Shown: in pieces, positions 47,325 to 57,010 of the stretch
Layout of the letters: each line of letters opens with the position of its first letter
Position numbering within the stretch: position 1 is the stretch's first letter
From: Clostridia bacterium
GTDB taxonomy: Bacteria; Bacillota; Clostridia; Peptostreptococcales; JAAYPU01
Length of the DNA: 64,000 nt
Assembly: GCA_016278615.1 (NCBI GenBank)
Contig: JADQBM010000006.1
Coordinates: forward strand, 36,206 to 100,205
Reading direction: 5' to 3'
The notes under the pieces: generated by a model
What the model was told of the DNA's origin: nothing
The model's database searches: none
The model's input: only the letters and a program-made list of their open reading frames with translations
Made by a program: the position numbers and the translations under genes

Positions 47325-48494
47325 ATGAAAGAAGTATATTTAGATTATTCTGCTACAACTCCAGTAAAAAAGGAAGTTTTGGATGCGATGCTTCCGTTCT
47401 TCATAAACTCATACGGAAATCCATCGAGTCTATATAAAAAAGGAAGAGAAGCAAAAGCTGCCATCTCTGATGCCCGGAAAAAAATTGCAGACCTCATAGG
47501 TGCTTCAGAACGTGAAATCATTTTCACTTCCAGTGGTACAGAAGCAGATAACTGGGCTGTAAAAGGTGCTGCTTATGGCAACTCTCATAAAGGAAATCAT
47601 ATTATTACAACGAAAATAGAGCATCATGCACTCCTCCATACATGTGAATTTTTAGCAGATAATGGGTTTGAAATCACATATTTGGATGTAGATCAATATG
47701 GAATGATCAATTTAGAAGATTTGAAAAATGCCATTAAAGAAAATACTATTTTAGTAAGTATTATGCTTGTAAATAATGAAATAGGAACCATTCAACCCAT
47801 AAAGGAAATAGGTAAAATCACTAGAAACCACGGCATATTGTTTCATACTGATGCCGTTCAAGCTCTTGGGAATATCGAAATAAATGTAGATGATATGAAT
47901 ATTGATTTACTCTCCATCTCATCTCACAAAATTTATGGACCCAAGGGGATAGGCGCATTGTATATCAATAAGAAAATCAAAATCCCCAATTTTATTCACG
48001 GGGGTGCTCAAGAGTATCAAAAACGTGCAGGGACGGAAAATGTTCCAGGAATTGTTGGTTTCGGAAAAGCAGCAGAATTAGCTAAAGAAAACCTTGCTGA
48101 ACATATAGAAAAGTTGACTCACTTAAGAAACTATTTTGTTGATACAATTCTTGAAAAAATTGAAGAAGTAACTCTTAATGGACATCCTCAAAAAAGGCAT
48201 CCAGGAAATATCAATATGACTTTTTCTTATGTGGAAGGCGAGACTATGTTGTTATATTTAGATGTTCAGGGAATAAGTGCTTCTAGTGGATCTGCTTGTT
48301 CTTCCAGTTCTTTTCAGGCATCTCATGTTCTGAAAGCCATTGGTATACCCTTAGAAAATGCCTTGAGTTCTGTCAGATTCACTATAGGGGATTTTACTAC
48401 CAAAGAAGACTTGGATTATGTCATTGATACTATTGTAACCATTGTTAATAAATATAGAAAGATTTCTCCATTTTATAAAGAAAAGAAAGGATGA
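47325..48494 (+). CDS. iscS: cysteine desulfurase (NifS/IscS type)
   Basis: LDYSATTP, SSHKIYGPKG PLP-Lys, SSGSACSS active-site Cys loop. Confidence 0.9.
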   Translation: MKEVYLDYSATTPVKKEVLDAMLPFFINSYGNPSSLYKKGREAKAAISDARKKIADLIGASEREIIFTSSGTEADNWAVKGAAYGNSHKGNHIITTKIEHHALLHTCEFLADNGFEITYLDVDQYGMINLEDLKNAIKENTILVSIMLVNNEIGTIQPIKEIGKITRNHGILFHTDAVQALGNIEINVDDMNIDLLSISSHKIYGPKGIGALYINKKIKIPNFIHGGAQEYQKRAGTENVPGIVGFGKAAELAKENLAEHIEKLTHLRNYFVDTILEKIEEVTLNGHPQKRHPGNINMTFSYVEGETMLLYLDVQGISASSGSACSSSSFQASHVLKAIGIPLENALSSVRFTIGDFTTKEDLDYVIDTIVTIVNKYRKISPFYKEKKG

Positions 48495-48500
48495 GTTATT

Positions 48501-48932
48501 ATGTTTAATGATAAAGTAATCGACCATTTTATGAATCCTCACAATGCAGGAGATATGGAAAATCCCGATGCTGAAGGAACAATAGGAAGCCCAGTATGCG
48601 GTGATATTATGCAAATCTTTTTAAAGATTGAAGATAATATTATTAAAGATGTTAAATTTAAAACTTTCGGTTGTGGTTCTGCTATTGCATCATCAAGTGT
48701 TGCAACGGATATGATAAAAGGGAAATCCATAGAGGATGCTCTTAAAATCACCAACAAAGATGTTGTTGATGAACTTGGTGGGCTACCCAGTCAAAAAGTA
48801 CATTGTTCTGTACTTTCTGAACAAGCCATTAAAACAGCTATTTATAATTATGCAAAAAAACATAATTTAGAATTTGAAGGTTTAAAAGGTTTTAATCCCG
48901 ATTATGATCCCCATGAACACCACGACGAATAA
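48501..48932 (+). CDS. iscU: Fe-S cluster scaffold NifU/IscU
   Basis: GSPVCGDIM, FGCGSAIASSS, VHCSVLSEQA conserved Cys motifs. Confidence 0.9.
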   Translation: MFNDKVIDHFMNPHNAGDMENPDAEGTIGSPVCGDIMQIFLKIEDNIIKDVKFKTFGCGSAIASSSVATDMIKGKSIEDALKITNKDVVDELGGLPSQKVHCSVLSEQAIKTAIYNYAKKHNLEFEGLKGFNPDYDPHEHHDE

Positions 48933-48951
48933 ATACGAAAGCGTGATTTGT

Positions 48952-49998
48952 ATGTCTTTGGATAAAAAAAAAGTATTAATAGGTTTTAGTGGCGGAGTGG
49001 ATAGTACCGCTTCGTCTTTACTTCTTAGAGAAAAAGGTTATGAAGTTCATGGTATTTTTTTTAATGTATTTGGAAGTGAGTCAGATACTCAGAATAAAGC
49101 CACTGAAGTTGCCAGAAAACTCTCTATGCCCCTTATCACTTTAGACATTTCTAAGGAATTTAAAAAGAGGGTTAAAGATTATTTCTACGAAGAATATAAA
49201 CAGGGAAGAACACCGAATCCATGCGTACAATGCAACAAATATATAAAGTTCAATTTCATGCTACAAGAAGCAAAAAAGATTAATGCTTACTATATTTCTA
49301 CTGGTCACTACGCAAGGATACTCTATGATGATATAGGCGATTATTATGTCATAAAAAAATCTACTGCTTTAAATAAAGATCAGACCTATATGCTCTATAA
49401 CCTTAATCAGGAAATCCTTAGGCACACACTTTTCCCCTTGGGTAATATGGAATCTAAAGACTATGTGAGAGAAATTGTTCATCATGTAGGCCTTCCAAAT
49501 GCTAATACAAAAGACAGTCAAGAAATTTGTTTTATACAAAATAATGATTACGTTGATTATATATGCCGCAATTATGATTACTCGCCTATGGAAGGTGATT
49601 ATGTGGATATATCTGGTAATATTTTGGGGAGACATCGTGGTGTTGTAAATTACACCATTGGTCAAAGAAAAGGATTAGGTATTACACTGGGTAAACCTGT
49701 CTATGTAACCCATATTGATGCTCATAAAAATACAGTTGTATTAGGGAATAATGATGAATTGTACCAAGATGTTGTTTATTCCAATAAAAACAATTTCATT
49801 CATATTGAATTTAATCAACCTATGAAAGTAGAAGCTAAAGTTAGATATTCTGCCAATCCAACTGAAGCAATTCTTACTTTTGAAGATGACAATATCATTA
49901 AAACAACTTTCTTAAAACCACAAAGAGCCATTACTCCAGGGCAATCCATCGTTTTTTATTCTGGGGATACGCTTTTAGGAGGCGGAACCATCATTTAA
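48952..49998 (+). CDS. mnmA: tRNA 2-thiouridylase
   Basis: PP-loop GFSGGVDS, NPCVQCN, DSQEICF. Confidence 0.9.
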   Translation: MSLDKKKVLIGFSGGVDSTASSLLLREKGYEVHGIFFNVFGSESDTQNKATEVARKLSMPLITLDISKEFKKRVKDYFYEEYKQGRTPNPCVQCNKYIKFNFMLQEAKKINAYYISTGHYARILYDDIGDYYVIKKSTALNKDQTYMLYNLNQEILRHTLFPLGNMESKDYVREIVHHVGLPNANTKDSQEICFIQNNDYVDYICRNYDYSPMEGDYVDISGNILGRHRGVVNYTIGQRKGLGITLGKPVYVTHIDAHKNTVVLGNNDELYQDVVYSNKNNFIHIEFNQPMKVEAKVRYSANPTEAILTFEDDNIIKTTFLKPQRAITPGQSIVFYSGDTLLGGGTII

Positions 49999-50002
49999 TT
50001 TA

Positions 50003-50136
50003 AAATTAAGAATTAAGAATGAAGAATTAAGGTAGAGATTTTCATAAAAATCTCTTTGATTTTTATGAAAAAATAATTGATTTTATAAAATAAAATCTAC
50101 CATAATTCTTAATTCTTAATTTTTAATTCTTAATTA
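50003..50136. repeat. E7: inverted-pair element of the same architecture but with GAATTAA-type heptamers
   Basis: Left: AATTAAG repeats, AAGG, hairpin AGAGATTT/AAATCTCT (50034-50055). Right (reverse complement): AATTAAG repeats, ATGG, GATTTTA/TAAAATC (50079-50097). Confidence 0.8.
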
Positions 50137-50245
50137 TTTTATGGTAATTATAACCTTCATCAAATATTCATGACGTTGCATGATTTCTTTTATATTTAGG
50201 CAAAATAAAAGCATGTAAGAGAATATAAAAAGAAAGGATGAATAA

Positions 50246-50440
50246 ATGATGCAAAGAAATGGGTTTTTCGCTGGAGTTGTTGCTGGAAGTATGATTGGAG
50301 CCGTTACAGGTATGAATGTATACAGAAGAATGTCTCCAAGTACTAAAAAATCGGTTGACAAAAGTATAAATACAGTCATTGATCAGATGACAGATGTTCT
50401 TGACACACTTCAAAACATGCAACCATTTGATCAACAATAA
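50246..50440 (+). CDS. small glycine-zipper/YtxH-like membrane protein (hypothetical)
   Basis: AAAGGATG RBS region, FFAGVVAGSMIGAVTG segment; two longer antisense ORFs overlap it and look spurious. Confidence 0.45.
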   Translation: MMQRNGFFAGVVAGSMIGAVTGMNVYRRMSPSTKKSVDKSINTVIDQMTDVLDTLQNMQPFDQQ

Positions 50441-50479
50441 ATTCTTTTAAAAAAGGAACTTAACTTGTCTTAGTATCTT

Positions 50480-50510
50480 AGGAGTAGCTTAAATATCTAC
50501 TCCTATTTTA
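50480..50510 (+). terminator. intrinsic terminator
   Basis: AGGAGTAG-cttaaatat-CTACTCCT followed by ATTTTAATTTTT. Confidence 0.7.
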
Positions 50511-50612
50511 ATTTTTGATTCAAGTTTTCATAAAGAAAATACATATATAAATTAGGAATATTCAATTAATTCGTAATAATGTAATGACAATATCACAAAA
50601 ATATATTATAAT

Positions 50613-51386
50613 TTGGTTGAAAAAGCGAATATTCGAAAGGAGGACTATACTATTTTAGACCATACTAGAGGCGCTCGTCCGCTTTATCAACAAATTATAG
50701 ATGAAATGTTAGAAGGCATCAATCAAAGTAAGTGGATTGAAGGTAGTAAGTTTCCTACAGAAGAAGAATTTTGTGAATATTACAAGGTAAGTAGAATTAC
50801 AGTTCGACATGCTATTAATGAACTTGTTCGAGAAGGATTTTTGACTAGAAAAAGAGGGAAAGGAACAATTGTAAAAAGTAGAATCATAGATAATTATAAT
50901 AAAGCCATCGGCCTTGAGGAAAGAATGAAGGAACTGGGTGTAGATACTTTTAATACAAATATTGAAATAAAAAAAATAGTACCACCTATAAGAGTATGTC
51001 GTGAATTTGTAATCGATGAAAACCAATGGGTTTATGAAATAAGGCGAATACAAGTCGTAAAAGAGGATGGTGTTGTTTTAGCAGGTATCCACAATTATTT
51101 AAACCCTAAGCTTGATATTAGTTTAAATCCTAAAGATTACTCAGTTTCTCTTTATAAATATTTAAAGGAAAAAAAGGGAATCATTGTCTCCAGTGCAAAA
51201 GAAACCATTGAAGCTATTAAATCAAATAAAAGAATCAATGATTTTTTAGGAGTTGAAATTGATGTCGTTTTAAAAAAGACAAGAACTTCTTATGATCAAA
51301 ATAATGATATAGTTGAATTTACTTATTCCTATTATCCTTCTACAGCTTATAAATATACTGTGGAGTTTAGTTTGAATGGTAAATAA
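50613..51386 (+). CDS. GntR-family regulator with UTRA-like effector domain (HutC subfamily)
   Basis: PTEEEFCEYYKVSRITVRHAINELVREGFLTRKRGKGT. Start uncertain: TTG 50613 abuts a TATAAT box, while a strong AAGGAGG (50636-42) is followed in frame only by ATT 50652. Confidence 0.8.
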   Translation: MVEKANIRKEDYTILDHTRGARPLYQQIIDEMLEGINQSKWIEGSKFPTEEEFCEYYKVSRITVRHAINELVREGFLTRKRGKGTIVKSRIIDNYNKAIGLEERMKELGVDTFNTNIEIKKIVPPIRVCREFVIDENQWVYEIRRIQVVKEDGVVLAGIHNYLNPKLDISLNPKDYSVSLYKYLKEKKGIIVSSAKETIEAIKSNKRINDFLGVEIDVVLKKTRTSYDQNNDIVEFTYSYYPSTAYKYTVEFSLNGK

Positions 51387-51637
51387 TTTTGATTATTAAC
51401 ATTTCTCTCTTATAATTTCCATTACCTTTTTATTTCTTTAATATCTAATTTTATTATATTTACCATACCTTCCCTTTCTTGTACAATGAGTTACTCAAGG
51501 ATCCGGTTGTGATCTTTGATTTTTTTTTGGTAATTTTTATCATATTTATTGAAATTTCAGCATTAAAACCTTTAAACCTCGAATTATCAATAATTAAAAT
51601 TTTAACAATTGTTGTAATTTTCTAAAAACTCATATAT

Positions 51638-51697
51638 TATTGTTATAACATTAAAAATTATAACATTATAACAATTCGAGTTTAATGTTATAACAAT
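51638..51697. promoter_or_regulatory. cluster of GTTATAAC palindromes (candidate GntR operator)
   Basis: ATTGTTATAACATT, ATTATAACATTATAACAATT, AATGTTATAACAAT within 60 nt, just upstream of the 51715 operon. Confidence 0.6.
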
Positions 51698-51714
51698 AAA
51701 GGTAGGGGAGCTAT

Positions 51715-52488
51715 ATGAATTACAATTTAAGTGAAATGTTTGGAGTAAAAGACGAAGTTACAGTTATCACAGGTAGTGCCAATGGCATCGGAAAAGAAGT
51801 TGCGCTGTCCATGGCGTCTCTTGGAGCAAAAGTTATACTAATTGACATTAGTAATGATAATTTAAATATTACTGTTAATGAATTTATGAAACTTGGACTA
51901 ACTGTTGATAGTTATGAAACAGATATCACAAAAAAAGACAGTGTTGTTGCAACTGTAAATCAAATAATTGAGAAATATAATAAAGTGGATATTTTAATAA
52001 ATTGTGCTGGCGTTTGTTATCTGGAAGACGCAGTTGATTTTGATGAAAAAAAATGGGACTGGGTTATGGATGTAAATGTAAAAGGTACAATGCTTACTTG
52101 TCAAGCATTTGGAAAACATATGATCAAGCAGCAAAAAGGTAAGATTGTCAACTTTTCATCCGTTAGGGGACTTCAAGGACGTGCAAAGTATTTAGCATAT
52201 GCACCTAGCAAAGGTGCTATAAACATGTTGACTAAATCATTAGCAACAGAATGGGCAAAATATAATATTAACGTAAATGCAATAGCACCAGCATTTACGT
52301 TAACAGATCTAAACAAAAATATGTTAAAGGATGATGAAACTTATAACTGGGTGATTAGTAGAATTCCTACAGGATCCTTAGGAGAACTTAAATATATGGC
52401 AGGAGCCACTGTTTTCCTCTGTTCAAAAGCAGCAGAATTTATAAATGGACATATTTTATATGTAGATGGAGGATGGACTGCAAGTTAA
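51715..52488 (+). CDS. short-chain dehydrogenase/reductase
   Basis: TGSANGIGK, NCAG, YAPSKGA (YxxxK). Confidence 0.85.
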   Translation: MNYNLSEMFGVKDEVTVITGSANGIGKEVALSMASLGAKVILIDISNDNLNITVNEFMKLGLTVDSYETDITKKDSVVATVNQIIEKYNKVDILINCAGVCYLEDAVDFDEKKWDWVMDVNVKGTMLTCQAFGKHMIKQQKGKIVNFSSVRGLQGRAKYLAYAPSKGAINMLTKSLATEWAKYNINVNAIAPAFTLTDLNKNMLKDDETYNWVISRIPTGSLGELKYMAGATVFLCSKAAEFINGHILYVDGGWTAS

Positions 52489-52551
52489 AAAAATTGCGTG
52501 AATAACATCCCAATAAACGATTAAGAAAATAAATGGAAATAGGTGATTAAA

Positions 52552-52938
52552 ATGGCAGTAATAAATACAAATGAAATTGAATTCAAAAAATTGCCTGGAC
52601 GGAATTTAAAATGGATTTGTAATGAAACATTACTAGGGGCACAATACTTAACATCCTGTATAGGTCGGATACCAGTGGGACAAACTGTTAACCCCGCCCA
52701 TGCCCATCCTGATGGCGAGGAATTAGTATATATTATCAAAGGCGAAGGTAGAGTATGGATTGATGGCGAGATAAGTAGTTTTATAGCTGGATCTGCCATA
52801 CTTTTCCCTCAGAATTCTATTCATATGGTTCAAAATAATGGAGAAGAGGAAGTAGAAATGATTTGTTTTTATGCGCCACCAGCAGACACTTCTACCTATA
52901 AATATTACGAAAATGTTGGATTTTCAAAAGCGGACTAG
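52552..52938 (+). CDS. cupin-domain protein
   Basis: NPAHAHPDGEELVYIIKGEG...SIHMVQN two-motif cupin signature. Confidence 0.75.
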   Translation: MAVINTNEIEFKKLPGRNLKWICNETLLGAQYLTSCIGRIPVGQTVNPAHAHPDGEELVYIIKGEGRVWIDGEISSFIAGSAILFPQNSIHMVQNNGEEEVEMICFYAPPADTSTYKYYENVGFSKAD

Positions 52939-53086
52939 GTTGTTTATATTTTTCCAATATTAACTCGAAAAATGACTTCACTATAGAACGTTAAATAAGA
53001 TTTTGGAAGGAGTGATGATAAACAATACACATTTAAAATGTCTGTACAGTAGTAAAATTATTACTAAAACACAGGAGGAGAGAAAA

Positions 53087-54319
53087 ATGAAAAAATTATT
53101 AAGCTTACTAATCGTACTTATCATGTTGTCTTCACTATTTGTTGGTTGTGGAAGCGAACAAACCGGAGAAGAGGCAGAAGAAGTTACTGTGGTTAAGATT
53201 GCATTCATGAATCCCTTGTCAGGGAATAATGCTGATGCAGGACAACAAGACTTAAATGCTGCAGAACTTGCAGTTAAGCATATCAATGAATCAGGCGGTA
53301 TAGCAGCATTAAATGGTGCTCTTATCGAGTTAGTCGTAACGGATACTACAAGTGATCCTACTCAGGCTCAATCCGTTGCACAACGAGTTCTTTCTGATGA
53401 AGACATCGTCGGAATTGTTGGAACAGGAATTAGTGGTTTAACTTTACCAATCTTACCTATTGCTGAAAAAAACGAAGTGGCTATGATTACAAATTCCATT
53501 AGTAATGATATTACAAGTCAAGGTTACAGATATGTTTTTGAACCCGTTCCAAAAGGAAATATGTTTGGAGAAACTCAAGTTGATTTCTTAAAAGCTTTAA
53601 ATGAAGAATTTAATTTAGGTATTAAAAAAGTTGCTATTGTTTATGAAAACTCTGCTTACGGTGTTTCTACAGCAGAAGGGACAAAAGCGAGAGCTGAGTC
53701 TGCTGGATTAGAAGTTGTTGTTAATCAATCTTATCCTCAAGGATTCACAGATGCTTCTTCACTTGTTACGACTGTTAAACAATCTGGCGCACAAGCAATC
53801 TTTCCTGTTGCTTATACAACAGATGCCAAACTTATTATTAATACAATGAAGAGTATGGATTACAATCCGCTTATTATTGGTGGTGGCGCTGGTTTCTTAT
53901 GGCCTGCAATGGGTGAAGAACTGGGCGACAACATTAATGGATTGCTTTCAGTTGCATCTTGGAACTGGGACAGTAAAAATATAAGCAGCAACCCAGAATT
54001 GGCTAAAATTCCTGAAGATTATGAAGCAGAATTTGGTGAGTTTATGACCGAACATGCTGGCCCAACATATAGTTTTGTATGGATGTTTAAAGAAGCTATT
54101 GAAAAAACAGGTTCTACAGATTCAGTTGTTATAAGAGATGCTTTAGCTGAAATGACATTTGAAAACACACCAGCTGCACTTATGCAACCAGGGATTACCC
54201 AATTTGGTGATGATGGTTGGAATGTGAAAACACATCCTGTAATGATTCAATGGCAAGATGGAAAACCACGTACAATATATCCAGTTTCCGATGCTTCAAG
54301 TGATATTATTGTAGATTAA
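53087..54319 (+). CDS. Liv-type (branched-chain amino acid/amide family) ABC substrate-binding lipoprotein
   Basis: MKKLLSLLIVLIMLSSLFVGCGS lipobox after an AGGAGGAG RBS; type I periplasmic-binding-fold length. Confidence 0.8.
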   Translation: MKKLLSLLIVLIMLSSLFVGCGSEQTGEEAEEVTVVKIAFMNPLSGNNADAGQQDLNAAELAVKHINESGGIAALNGALIELVVTDTTSDPTQAQSVAQRVLSDEDIVGIVGTGISGLTLPILPIAEKNEVAMITNSISNDITSQGYRYVFEPVPKGNMFGETQVDFLKALNEEFNLGIKKVAIVYENSAYGVSTAEGTKARAESAGLEVVVNQSYPQGFTDASSLVTTVKQSGAQAIFPVAYTTDAKLIINTMKSMDYNPLIIGGGAGFLWPAMGEELGDNINGLLSVASWNWDSKNISSNPELAKIPEDYEAEFGEFMTEHAGPTYSFVWMFKEAIEKTGSTDSVVIRDALAEMTFENTPAALMQPGITQFGDDGWNVKTHPVMIQWQDGKPRTIYPVSDASSDIIVD

Positions 54320-54352
54320 CTTGACCTAAAATATGATTTACACATAGATGAA

Positions 54353-54381
54353 ACATGGGCGATATTTTATCGCCCATGTTC
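54353..54381 (+). promoter_or_regulatory. intra-operon 12-bp hairpin after the SBP gene
   Basis: AACATGGGCGAT-atttt-ATCGCCCATGTT. Confidence 0.5.
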
Positions 54382-54420
54382 ATAAAACAGCTATTATATT
54401 ATTTGACTAGAGGTGAAAAA

Positions 54421-55290
54421 ATGTTATTAGGACAAACGATCATTAATGGTCTAATGATAGGCGGGGTATATGCGCTTATCGCAGTAGGCTTAACTATTAT
54501 TTTTGGCGTAATGAAAATAGTAAATTTTGCTCAAGGCGAGTTTTTAATGGTGGGCATGTATGTTACTTGGCTACTCTATAAAGCAATTGGCGGCAGTCCA
54601 TACCTTTTAATTCCGCCAGTTATAGTCATCATGTTTATTTTTGGATTGTTATTGTATAAAATCGTTGTTAAACCGGTAGTAGGAAAAGGAGACACTGCTT
54701 ATATCTTACTGACTGTAGGCTTATCAATATTTTTGCAAAATGTGGTTCAACTCATTTGGGGCGCAAATTATTTTTCAATTGAAACAACCATTAAAACAGA
54801 AGCGATTCAAATGGGAGATGTTTCAATACAACTGCCCAGGTTAATTGCTTTTATAGGCGCAATCATCTTGGTAGGCGGCTTGCACTTATTCTTAAAGAAA
54901 ACAGATATTGGAAAAGCCATGCGCGCGACAGCTGAAAATAGTCAAGTGGCTTCTTTGCTTGGGATTAATCCTTCAAGATCATTTGCTATTGCATTTGCTA
55001 TTGGAGTTGTTATGGCTGGAATGGCTGGTGTTTTATTAACGCCAATGTTCTATGTATATCCAAGAGTCGGACAACTTTTTGGATTAACTGCATTTGTTGT
55101 AGTTGTGTTAGGCGGGCTTGGGAATATAACAGGTGCGTTATTTGGCGGCCTAATTATCGGACTCGTTGAAGCATTTACAGCAAGCTATGTAGCCCTTGAT
55201 TTAGCTCCTGTTGGTACTTTCGTTGTATTTCTGTTAGTTTTACTACTTAAGCCTGAAGGAATTTTTGGAGGAGGTGTGCGCAAGACATGA
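54421..55290 (+). CDS. LivH-type ABC permease
   Basis: MLLGQTIINGLMIGGVYALIAVGLTIIFG is typical of LivH. Confidence 0.85.
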   Translation: MLLGQTIINGLMIGGVYALIAVGLTIIFGVMKIVNFAQGEFLMVGMYVTWLLYKAIGGSPYLLIPPVIVIMFIFGLLLYKIVVKPVVGKGDTAYILLTVGLSIFLQNVVQLIWGANYFSIETTIKTEAIQMGDVSIQLPRLIAFIGAIILVGGLHLFLKKTDIGKAMRATAENSQVASLLGINPSRSFAIAFAIGVVMAGMAGVLLTPMFYVYPRVGQLFGLTAFVVVVLGGLGNITGALFGGLIIGLVEAFTASYVALDLAPVGTFVVFLLVLLLKPEGIFGGGVRKT

Positions 55291-56279
55291 CAGATTTTAA
55301 AGAATTAATTAAAAAACAAAAATATTCAGTATTTATAGTAATTCTTTTTTTGCTTTTTCCATTGATTTCACCGTCAGATTATATTACACATGTTATGGTA
55401 TTAATCTTTTTATTTGCTGCCATGGCAACTGCTTGGAATGTAATAGGTGGGTATGGCGCACAGGTATCTTGGTGTCATGCAACTTTTTTTGCAATAGGCG
55501 CTTACACAAGTTTTCTGCTTTTCCTAAGATTTAATATATCTCCAATAATTAGTATATTTGCCGCCATGATTATGTCATTTATACTTGCTATGATTGTTGG
55601 ATATCCTTCTTTTAGGCTTAGAGGTGTTTATTTCTCATTAGCAACCATTGCATTTGCAGAAATTGTGAAAACTCTATTGTTATATTTTACCGATTTTACA
55701 GGTGGTGCTAATGGGTTGATGTTACCCTATAAAGGGGCTAGTCTCATGAGTCTTCAGTTTAAAACTGAAATACCCTACTATTATATTAGTTTTGTAGTGC
55801 TGGCTTTATTGATATTTGTTACGTGGAAATTTGAAAAATCCAAATTAGGTTACTTTTTAAAAGCAATCAAAGAGGATGAAGATGCAGCAGAATCACTGGG
55901 AATAAAAGCTTATAAGGTAAAATTAACTGCATTTGCATTAAGTGCTGTTATGATATCAATTGTTGGGCCCATATATGCATTCAACATCTCATACATTGAC
56001 CCCATAGGTATCGGTCATCTTGATTTATCCATTAAAATTGGAACGATTGCAATAATAGGGGGTGTCGCTACTTTATGGGGACCACTTCTTGGAGCAATAA
56101 TCATTATCCCTTTATCAGAAATAACAAACGCTTTATTGGGAAGCACACGTGGTGGTGCAAGCACTGCGATTTATGGTTTAATACTTATACTTGTTATCAT
56201 CTTTAAACCCGAAGGGTTGATCAGCCTATTTGATAAGTTTAAGGGAAGAAAAAAAGATAAAAAACTGAAAGTGAGGTGA
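55287..56279 (+). CDS. LivM-type ABC permease
   Basis: ATGA overlap; polytopic; GGYGAQVSWCHATFFAIGAY. Confidence 0.85.
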   Translation: MTDFKELIKKQKYSVFIVILFLLFPLISPSDYITHVMVLIFLFAAMATAWNVIGGYGAQVSWCHATFFAIGAYTSFLLFLRFNISPIISIFAAMIMSFILAMIVGYPSFRLRGVYFSLATIAFAEIVKTLLLYFTDFTGGANGLMLPYKGASLMSLQFKTEIPYYYISFVVLALLIFVTWKFEKSKLGYFLKAIKEDEDAAESLGIKAYKVKLTAFALSAVMISIVGPIYAFNISYIDPIGIGHLDLSIKIGTIAIIGGVATLWGPLLGAIIIIPLSEITNALLGSTRGGASTAIYGLILILVIIFKPEGLISLFDKFKGRKKDKKLKVR

Positions 56280-57010
56280 CCATAGTGGAGAAAATATTAG
56301 ACATTAAAAATTTGGACAAATCATTTGGAGGGATACATGCTGTAAATAATGTTAGCTTTGCAGTAAATAAAGGCGAAATATTAGGATTAATTGGACCAAA
56401 TGGATCAGGAAAATCCACATGCGTTAACCTTATTAGTGGTGTATATAAGCCTGATTCTGGAGAAATTCTCTATAATGAAAAAGATATCGTAGGCATGACA
56501 GTTCCAGATAGGGCAAACATAGGGATAGGTAGAACATTTCAATCTCCAAAGCCTTTCTCCAATTTAACTGTTTTTGAAAGTGTGCTTACCATTGCTTTAT
56601 TGCATAATAGTATGGCAAAGGCAAAAGTGAAAGCGAACGAAATATTAGAGCTTACGGAATTAAATAATGTTGCTGAAATCAAAAGTGGGAAACTTCCCAT
56701 TGAAAAAAGAAAATGGTTAGACCTTGCCAGAATTTTAGCGATTAATCCACAAGTTATTATGATGGATGAAGTTATGGCTGGATTAAATCCTTCTGAAATG
56801 GAAGAGAGCATAAAACTGGTAAAGAAAGTTAATAAACAAGGCATCACAGTTGTATTCATTGAACATGTTATGACCGCAGTTATTAAACTATGTAATCGCG
56901 TCATTGTATTAAATGAGGGTACGGTCTTGAGCCAAGGAAATGCAAAAGAAGTAATGAAAGAAGAGGCTGTAATTAAAGCATATCTGGGGGGAGGTTACAA
57001 AGATGCTTAA
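56276..57010 (+). CDS. LivG-type ABC ATPase
   Basis: Walker A GPNGSGKST, Walker B IMMDEV. Confidence 0.9.
   Translation: MTIVEKILDIKNLDKSFGGIHAVNNVSFAVNKGEILGLIGPNGSGKSTCVNLISGVYKPDSGEILYNEKDIVGMTVPDRANIGIGRTFQSPKPFSNLTVFESVLTIALLHNSMAKAKVKANEILELTELNNVAEIKSGKLPIEKRKWLDLARILAINPQVIMMDEVMAGLNPSEMEESIKLVKKVNKQGITVVFIEHVMTAVIKLCNRVIVLNEGTVLSQGNAKEVMKEEAVIKAYLGGGYKDA

Noticed and set aside
50134-50437. Two overlapping minus-strand ORFs (81 and 89 aa) after E7
   Set aside because: They overlap each other and the better-supported +-strand small gene at 50246..50440. One begins inside the E7 repeat arm.
50613-50652. Non-canonical ATT start for the GntR regulator
   Set aside because: The strong AAGGAGG at 50636-42 has only ATT 50652 in frame at proper spacing, and the TTG at 50613 has no RBS. 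This cannot be resolved from sequence alone, so the track coordinates were kept and the ambiguity is noted.
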